A DNA stretch of 64,000 nt, taken from the NCBI RefSeq assembly GCF_009914755.1, contig NC_060926.1; one strand, written 5' to 3'. The notes under the pieces are model-generated. The model was not told the DNA's origin and made no database searches. It saw only the letters and a program-made list of their open reading frames with translations. Shown piece after piece: positions 55,640 through 64,000 of the stretch (its first letter is position 1; the number at the start of each line of letters is the position of its first letter). A program made the position numbers and the translations under genes. The DNA is from the human T2T-CHM13v2.0 reference genome, Homo sapiens.

Positions 55640-55885
55640 TTAGTTAATAACATCTAAAGTTTAGTGAACTCTTGCTGTATGTCAAACATTTTGTCTGCAT
55701 TATCTCATTTAATCCTCATAATTCCCCAAGAATTACTCTATTTAAAAAATAATAAAACTATGATAAAAAGAAGGGTTACTTTGCCAATGTCATACAGACA
55801 GGAAGCTGGGGAACTAGATTCTGAGCCCAGGTCTGTCTGATGACAGAATTACGGAATTCAGAATCCATATTCCTCTATACTCTCT
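55640..55885 (-). mobile_element. MIR SINE
   Basis: CATTATCTCATTTAATCCTCATAA...GATTCTGAGCCCAGGTCTGTCTGA. Confidence 0.7.
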
Positions 55886-56716
55886 AGAATTTCTCTAGAG
55901 TCTTTCATTCCCAAGTGACAATAATCTAAACCAGCTTTTAAAAAGGAAGAATGGGAAGAGTGTTACTGGCTCAGGGAACCAAATCAAAGAGATGGTAAAA
56001 TTTATCTCAAAGGCAAGTAGATTTTGTGCCTGAAGCAATGCCAGAACTTTCTGTCCCTTATCTATGACTCTATCAGATATTCCATTCTTTCCTATAGATG
56101 AAATTTTTCCCTTCAGGGGATTACCAGTGGACACACTGGTAGGCAATGGTTGTGGTCTAAGTATCACCAAAGAAATGAACACTTTCTCAGGAAAGTAGAA
56201 AATTGGATTAGAGGAGAAACCAGTATTAGGTGGAACCAGTCATTTTGAACATCAAAAGAGGCCCAGAGGGTAGTGGTAGAGGCAACCTAGGTGACAAAAG
56301 TCACCTAGTTAATACCTGAGTTAATACACGGGTATTGGAACCTCCTAACTGTGTGATGTTAGCAAATGACTTGGCTTCACTTAAGTATCAATTATTTTGT
56401 TATCTGAAAGAGGTACTGTAAGAACTAAAATAATTAATGCATAAAATATAATCTTAGTAACAATCTATGGAGTTCGGATGAACACGAGGATACTGAAGAA
56501 AGGCTAATAATTTGATGCATATTTAAACAGATAATCTTCAAATATTTATTTAGCCTTTACTGAATTGTTGAATTGGGATAGGGTAAGCATTGTGGGCCAC
56601 TTCAAGTTCAAATTCAAAAATTTGGATTTACTGCATGCATTAAAATAACACATTACTAGCTTATTGAAATTGTCTTTCAATTTTGTTCACTTCTAGACTA
56701 GAACATTAATATAGAA

Positions 56717-57423
56717 TGTGATCTGAGAGACCAAAGTAGACATCTCTTTGCCAACTAAGACAGACCCTAAAGTTAAGGAAATAGGGTTCAGGGCTCCGCT
56801 GGCGTGGCAACTTGCTAAATTTCTATGGCCACAAGAAAGACCACACTCTTGCTAAACACCTTAACAACAGGAGCTATCAGCCAATTGTCAGACCCTTCCT
56901 AACTAATTTAGAACCCAGGCCACTACAACTCTGACTGGGCAGAGGACCTTACAAACATTCTCTCCTGATAAGCAACTGCAGACCTCAAGACAGTTTTGAC
57001 CAGCTTATAAAATTGCGCACAAACTGTCTTTGTGTCCTATAGTTCACCTTCTGATGTAAATAATCAAATTCTACCTCATTTTAATGCTAAAATCCCACCC
57101 CAAAGTAAACACAGGATGTATGTTACCTATACATTTATCCATTTGTGCATGTGCTCAACTCTCCTCATATCATGTATAGCTTTTCCACTAAACCTGATTA
57201 ATATATATGACTATTTTGTAATATATACAAAATATATATGTATATATAAATGTATATATGTACAGACCCTGTGAGGCATAAAAGCCAACCTGCCCTTTCC
57301 CTTTTCGAAGAGAGAGCACCTTCAGTTCACATCAGAGACTGTCTCTCCCTAGTTTGCAAATTGATATCACCAATAAAACCCCCCTTTCTACTATTTAGCC
57401 ATCTGGTAGTCTTTTGGATGACA
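56717..57423 (+). mobile_element. MER39 ERV1 solo LTR
   Basis: TGTGATCTGAGAGACCAAAGTAGAC...CAACTAAGACAGACCCTAA...CCAATAAAA...TTTTGGATGACA. Confidence 0.8.
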
Positions 57424-57714
57424 GGAGTTAAATTTTTTTATCCCTAAGGAAAAAGACTACAAAATGCATTGTTTGTTTTCAGAATGTCAGCTGCCTGCAA
57501 TTGCTAAGTTTCTGTCACTGTCAGCTGGCTGTTTTCAGAATTAGTGGCAGAAAGTAGAGCTGTAATATGTAATTTTTGTATCACTTAAATATTCAATTAA
57601 TAAAGTTCAGCATTGTGAGATGTGTTTTTGTTATTATTTCCAATTAAGCAACTTGTCTACAATTTAGAAGGAGCAGGTCGGCGTTACATTTTGCTAGCTA
57701 CATGAGGATGTGTG

Positions 57715-58280
57715 TGTCAGAGGCGTGTGAACCAGAGCAACTCCATCTTGAATAGGAGCTGGGTAAAATGAGGCTGAGACCTATTGGGCTGCATTCCCAG
57801 ATGGTTAAGGCATTCTAACTTACAGGATGAGATAGGAGGCCAGCACAAGACATAGGTCATAAAGACCTTGCTGATAAGCAGGTTGCAGTAAAGAAGCCGG
57901 CATTACACCACCAAAACTAAGATGGCCACAAGAGTGACCTCTGGTCGTCCTCACTGCTACACTCTCACTAGCACCATGACAGTTTACAAATGCCATAGCA
58001 ATGTCAGAAAGTTACCCCATATGGTCTAGAAAGGGGAAGCATGAATAATCCACCCCTTGTTTAGCATATCATCAGGAAATAACCATAAAAATGAGCAAAC
58101 AGCAGCCCTTGGGGCTGCTCTGTCTATGGAGGAGCCATTCTTTTATTCCTTTACTTTCTTAATAAACTTGCTTTCACTCTATGGACTTGCCCCTAATTCT
58201 TTCTTGTGTGAGTTCCAAGTGAGGGTTCTTGGAACTCAGGATCAGTTCCAAGAGAGGATCAGGACCCCTTTCCTGTAACA
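57715..58280 (+). mobile_element. MER41A 5' LTR
   Basis: TGTCAGAGGCGTGTGAACCAGAGCAACTCCATCTTG...AATAAAC...CCCCTTTCCTGTAACA; lacks the MER41B TTCCGGGAA block. Confidence 0.92.
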
Positions 58281-58286
58281 TCTTTC

Positions 58287-58305
58287 TGGTGACCACAGAA
58301 GGGAC
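58287..58305 (+). promoter_or_regulatory. Retroviral primer-binding site, tRNA-Arg-like (first of three copies)
   Basis: TGGTGACCACAGAAGGGAC resembles TGGCGACCACGAAGGGAC, the complement of a tRNA-Arg(TCG) 3' end, 6 nt after the LTR. Confidence 0.75.
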
Positions 58306-60971
58306 TACAGTGTGGAAATCCCCAGTAAGTGGTGGAGTACTATAACATCTCTCTGGCGACCACAGAAGCAACCACAGTGTGGAAACTCCTGACTCAAAGT
58401 CTAACTTTGGGTAAATGGTGGGGTATGGTAACATCTTTCTGGTGAATCACAGAAGGGACGATACTGAAGAGACCCCTGGCCCAAAGGAAAATCATTTGCA
58501 CGCACCAATTGGCTGACTTTGGGTAAGCGAGGTGCATATACTAGGGTAAAGGATGGGCTTGTGTTAGAGGCCCAACGTAGGGGAGTTAGAGTCTCTCTTA
58601 AGACAGAGTGGGTTAAAGGCCCCTCTTAAAAAAGACAAGGAAACTTGACCAACCTTGGGTTAGAGACCCAACTTAGGAGGGTTAGAGGCCCCTCTCAGTA
58701 AAGTCCCTCTGTGCTAAGAATGGGTTTGGCACTCTGGGACGTTAACTGCTATTCTCTTTGGATCAATCTGCCTTGCAATCTTTGCTGATGGCTATAGGTG
58801 ACAGGATTAGGCATGTACAGGATCATGGGATATTCTGCTCCCCCAAAAGGAGAAACTTGTGAGTGATGGGACTGCTGAAAAAAATCCCTTCACAACAGCA
58901 GCCACCTGAAGTTTTCAGTGTTGTTGCAATGGGTGGGTCTTTGGACTCCTGGAGCGCCTCACCTTTTGGACTCCCCACTTTGGACTCCCTGAGCACTTAG
59001 CCTTTTGGACTCCCTGAGTGCCTCACCTTCCCCACCCTGCCTCAGGCAACGCTTTCGCCCACCCCCCTACTCTCTCTCTCTTTTTCTCTGTGCAAACTGG
59101 TTGAACAGTAAAATTAACGGTTTATCTCCTACAAAGTTTTAATTAATTGGAAAAAAGAACTTATGAGGCTAGTCCTAAGCTGTAGCAATTTTGATGTGCC
59201 TTGTGTGTCTTTCTGTGTGTGTTCTATAATGGAGAAGGAAATCTTAGGATAGAACACAGGCTTAGGACACCTGTAAGCCCACTTTTCAAGACAGCCCAGC
59301 AAACCCGACAGTTACAAACTCTGCTGCAAGTCACTGAAAAATACTGGATGAGGTTTCCCTCTTTTTTGTATGTCCTTGGGAGCTTGACCTTGTAATCAAG
59401 TGGCAGTACTTTCTCTTGGTCTCTGCCATCACAAAGGCATCCCAGGTTCAGGGTTCAATTTCCCGCTTAGAGGATGAGTCCTTTTTCTTCTGTCTGTCTG
59501 TGTATTTATACGTGCTGTGTGTGTTATATAAAAGAGCTTTAATTGGTTTAAAAATAATAAGAGCTTAAATAAAATATTTTGCCAGAAAAGTAAAAAGTAT
59601 AATGCCTTTTATTTAGTTCATGTGACTTTAGTAATCTTTAGGAAATAAAAACAGCTTTAAAGATTATTGGTAAAATGTAAACATTTGTTCTAAATTATGC
59701 AGGTCAGATAGTAAGTTTCCTAATGCTTTAAGTTCATAAACTGCTTCTTTGACTTTTGAAAATTGTTCAATTTACCTTCTTTAGAGACATTAGATTCTAG
59801 ATAAGGCCTGGGGACATGTGGAGTTAGCCACACTCCCTAGCTATGCTGGAGTCAGCCCTTACCTGCACTTCTGCCTGGTGTGTCCTAGGCTAGGCCCCAC
59901 ACCTACTGCATAATTAGAATCCTGAACTTACCAAGGTTTTCACCAATAGTTAAGTCACCAAGGGTTAACAGTATACCATGTATTTGAGACTACTGAAGAA
60001 ACAGTTCTACATGCAAGTTGTGTAAGGAAAGTAGAATGTACTTTTGGCAAAAGATTATAAGAAGGCATGGGAATGTGAATTTTTCTTGCCTACATTAAAG
60101 GGTTAAAGGATTATTTTAATTTAGTATAAAGCTGAAGGCTTAAGCAAATGGTGGAAGGTTTGTGAAAAATTAATTGTAAAAGAGATTCTGTGTGTAAACA
60201 TATTGACTAAAGTTAAAGGGGTATTATACAGTTTTTCTGTAAATTATACATTGAAATAAAAGCACAACCGGTTTTTCTTAGAGTAAAAACTTGCTTATAA
60301 TGCACTCTTTAACAAAAATTTGTAAAGGAAAGGGTTATAAAAAGTTTATCAAAATCTTACCTTATGGTCAAACTAATTAAGATTAAATACATTTGTCTCT
60401 AAGGTTTTATTAAAAATTTGGTTTGACATCAATAATGCACTAATGCAACAGTGGCATTTGGCTTACTTGGTATAAAAGTTATACAGGAATCATTGTCAAA
60501 TATGAAATGGTGTTTGGCTTTTTTTGAGCTGTATTTGTATAAATGCATTATTGGTATATGTTTCAAAATTATGGGAAACTCCTATAATTTTGATATGACT
60601 TAGTGTATGTATTAAAAATTGTTACATAAAATCATTGTATGATACAGAGATAACCAAATTTTCTTGTCAATTGTGTCTTTGACTGTTGCTGCCCTAAAAC
60701 ATTTTGTCAGCCACAGACAATTGTTGTCTTGTTTTGGTCCTCTTTAGAAGGCAGTTTTTAGTCAACTATAGAGTTCTATCAGGTGTTCTTAAATGCAGGT
60801 TTCTGGTAACTTTGGAGATTATGACATCTGAATAAATGAAAAAAAATTAAGGATTCTCAGGGAGAGCTAAAATATTCATGAATATCAAACAGAACAGTAG
60901 TTAACTGCATGGCATAAACTAAATAAGTCTGAAGTAATCTTTGTGATTTTGCTTTAAACATTTCTGATCCT

Positions 60972-61323
<352 letters not shown>

Positions 61324-62599
61324 TTAAGCTATTTACAGCTTTTAACAACTGAGTAATGTATACTTCTGTGAATAAAATTTGAAGCATATTTGTTCCTCTC
61401 TACCTGATTTCTCCAAAATTTGGAAACTATTTGTGAGTGTTCTTAATTTATGACAATATAGTTATTTGCATAAGTGCAGTAAGCATCTGTTTGCTGTGAT
61501 AACAGGACACAATTGAAAAAAACTGGATATTTTACCAAGGCTTTGACTGGAATGGTGTGGTTTCCTTTAAGGAATCAGACTTCACTTGTAAAACCAATAA
61601 AAGCCCTTTGGAGAACTGGCCTCATACCTTGCCTACACAATCCCTGTACAGGGTTTCTGACCTGTGATAAGTAAAGAATGTCACTTTCTAACAGGTCTAG
61701 GAGCCCTGGGTTATCTTGGTACCCCAAGAGGAGAGGAATTTTCCCAACTCATAGTTATTTGAGGGTACAACCCCATGGCAGGGCTCAGCTCTAAAAAAAA
61801 GTCTCATCTAAGATTCCTTCTAAGGAACAGAGTTCCATCAAAGCCAATTTCAAAAAAGCTTATGTAAGAAATAATTATTCTTCCTGCACTTTTACAAATA
61901 ATTAGGCCAAGTATAATAAAATAAATCTGTCCTATCATGATTTGTCTTTAGTAAAAATGGGAAACTGGAGAGAGGAATTATGTTTCAAAAACTATGACAC
62001 ACTTGTTATTAAATTCTAGTCTCATCAGTTGTTTTTAAGTTTGTTTTTGCAATTTAGGTTAACCCTGCTTATTCCTGTGAACCAACCAGTGATTTCTGGA
62101 TGCTATTCAGAAGAAACAAGAGGGATAAGTGATGTAAAAATCTGGATCAATATTCTAATCTTGGGCATATTGGAATCAGCTAGCAACCTCATATCAGCTT
62201 AGTTCCAACAGTTGCTCAGTTCATGGAAAGCCTTCTAATCTAGTTTACTTGGAATAATTTTACTCATTTTGTTTACTCTTGTGGAATATACTGCTGTTGT
62301 ACTCTTTGTGTAGGAATGCAGGACAAGCTTACTGAATGTTTTCTTAAATTGAACACTTATTAATCTTCCAGATATTATCTTTTGTCTGAACTGGGAGTTA
62401 TGAATGGCCCTCACCATACCAATGCTTTCTGACTGAGCTCCCCTCTACCCTGAAAATAAGAGACCCTAATAGTTAGGCAGGAATATGATTGCCCCTATTC
62501 AGCCTGAAGTAGTTACAGAAGATGGAGCTTTGTCCCTCTGCAACCCTTAGGATTAACAGTTGTCTTATAAAAGTGGCGAGGGTAGGGGGAGTGGGGGAT

Positions 62600-62903
62600 G
62601 GGGGCATGGTGGCTCATGCCTGTAATCCAAGGAGTTTGGGAGGCTGAGGGGGTAGGATCACCTGAGGTCAGGAGTTCAAAACCAGCCTGACCAACATGAT
62701 GAAACTCCATCTCTACTAAAAATACAAAAATTATCTGGGTGCGGTGGCAGGTGCTTGTAATCCCAGCTACTTGGGAGGCTGAGGCCTTGAACCTTGAACC
62801 TGGGAGGTGGAGGTTGCAGTGGGCTGAGATCTTGCTATTATACTCCAGCCTGGGCAACAAGAGCTAAACTCCATCTCAAAAATAAATAAATAAATAAATA
62901 AAA
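62600..62903 (+). mobile_element. AluSq/Sp-like SINE inserted at the provirus polypurine tract, (TAAA)n tail
   Basis: Alu body with GCCTGACCAACATG and CAACAAGAGC; purine-rich tracts on both flanks. Confidence 0.92.
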
Positions 62904-62920
62904 GAAAGGGATGGGGAAAA

Positions 62921-63509
62921 TCTCAGAGGCATGTGAACCAGAGCAACTCCATCTTAAATAGGAGCTGGGTAAAATAAAGCTGAGACCTACTGGGCTGCAT
63001 TCCCAGATGGTTAAGGCATTCTAACTTACAGGATGAGATAGGAAGCCAGCACAAGACATAGGTCATAAAGACCTTACTGATAAACAGGTTGCAGTAAAGA
63101 AGCCAGCATTATACCACCAAAACTAAGATGGCCACAAGAGTGACCTCTGGTCGTCCTCACTGCTACACTGTCATCAGCGCCATGACAGTTTACAAATGCC
63201 ATAGCAATGTCAGGAAGCTACCCTATGTGGTCTAGAAAGGAGAGGCATACCCTACAACTAACGGGGAGTTACCCTATATGGTCTAGAAAGGGGATGATAT
63301 GTTTAGCATATCATCAGGAAATAACCATAAAAATGAGCAACCAGCAACCCTTGGGGCTGCTCTGTCCATGAAGAAGCCATTCTTTTATTGCTTTACTTTC
63401 TTAATAAACTTATTTTCACTTTACTCTATGGACTCACCCTGAATTCTTTCTTGTGTGAGTTCCAAGACCCCTCTCTTGGGGTCTGGATCAGGACCCCTTT
63501 CCTCTAACA
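62921..63509 (+). mobile_element. MER41A 3' LTR
   Basis: TCTCAGAGGCATGTGAACCAGAGC...CCCCTTTCCTCTAACA, direct repeat of 57715-58280, preceded by AAAGAAAGGGATGGGGAAAA. Confidence 0.92.
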
Positions 63510-63691
63510 TGTGGAGAAAGAGTATGGACATTTGAGTTAACTGAAACCATAATCCCATTTTTTTCCAATCATTGTGAGTGCCCTTCTTAAGATTGATAAT
63601 CTACACATACCTGGCTGATTCACCTCTAAATCTAGTTCTGTCTACTTTATGGGTGGAAGTAGGTGAAATAATTCATGTAAAGATTTTAACA

Positions 63692-64000
63692 CTGTAACTG
63701 TAACAGGTCTGTTGCCCGATGCACAAGGCAAGTAAATACGCAATACAACAGAGAAACAGGTTTAATCATAGGGCCACCAAATGAGGAGACAGGAGGAAAC
63801 CTTAAATCCATCTTCCTGAGGAGTTTGGGGCTGGGGGGTTTTCAGGGTTTTAGAGGGCAAATGTATAGAGATTGTTGATTGATCCAAGAGTGCAGGGTGA
63901 AGTGATGGGACAGGGAGATGAAGAAACTGTAGTATGCTGATTCTGTTTCTTGGTGGGGGTCTTTAAACCAGTTGGCACCAGCTATTTCACTGGAATTTGG
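63692..64000 (-). mobile_element. ERV1 (MER4-group) LTR, running off the window
   Basis: TGTAAC start, GGTTTAAT (minus-strand ATTAAA), GAGGAGACAGGAGGAAACC..AAATCCATCT. Confidence 0.6.

Noticed and set aside
58276-58470. CRISPR-like repeat-spacer appearance
   Set aside because: Eukaryotic ERV context, spacers homologous to each other, no cas genes; explained as PBS duplications.

Overview
AT-rich, repeat-dense primate (human-like) intergenic or intronic DNA with no intact protein-coding gene, no RNA gene and no prokaryotic-type system. The only gene-derived sequence is a disabled, intronless retrocopy of ARK2N (C18orf25, Arkadia/RNF111 N-terminal-like) at ~49783-51416. The rest is transposable elements: about 20 Alus, a FAM monomer, old L1/L2/MIR, Tigger/MER DNA transposons and MaLR LTRs. 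ERV-derived sequence includes a solo HERV-W LTR17 inside a multi-level nest, a solo HERV-H LTR7B inside a MER9 LTR, MER4A, an LTR9-like LTR, MER39 and a complete two-LTR non-autonomous MER41A provirus (57715-63509). The leads most worth testing are a possible LTR7B-driven minus-strand transcript running antisense through the ARK2N retrocopy, with candidate minus-strand exons further downstream, and several local rearrangements in the MER41A provirus. Family names come from recalled consensus sequences, not from a database search. Boundaries without a stated TSD are approximate.
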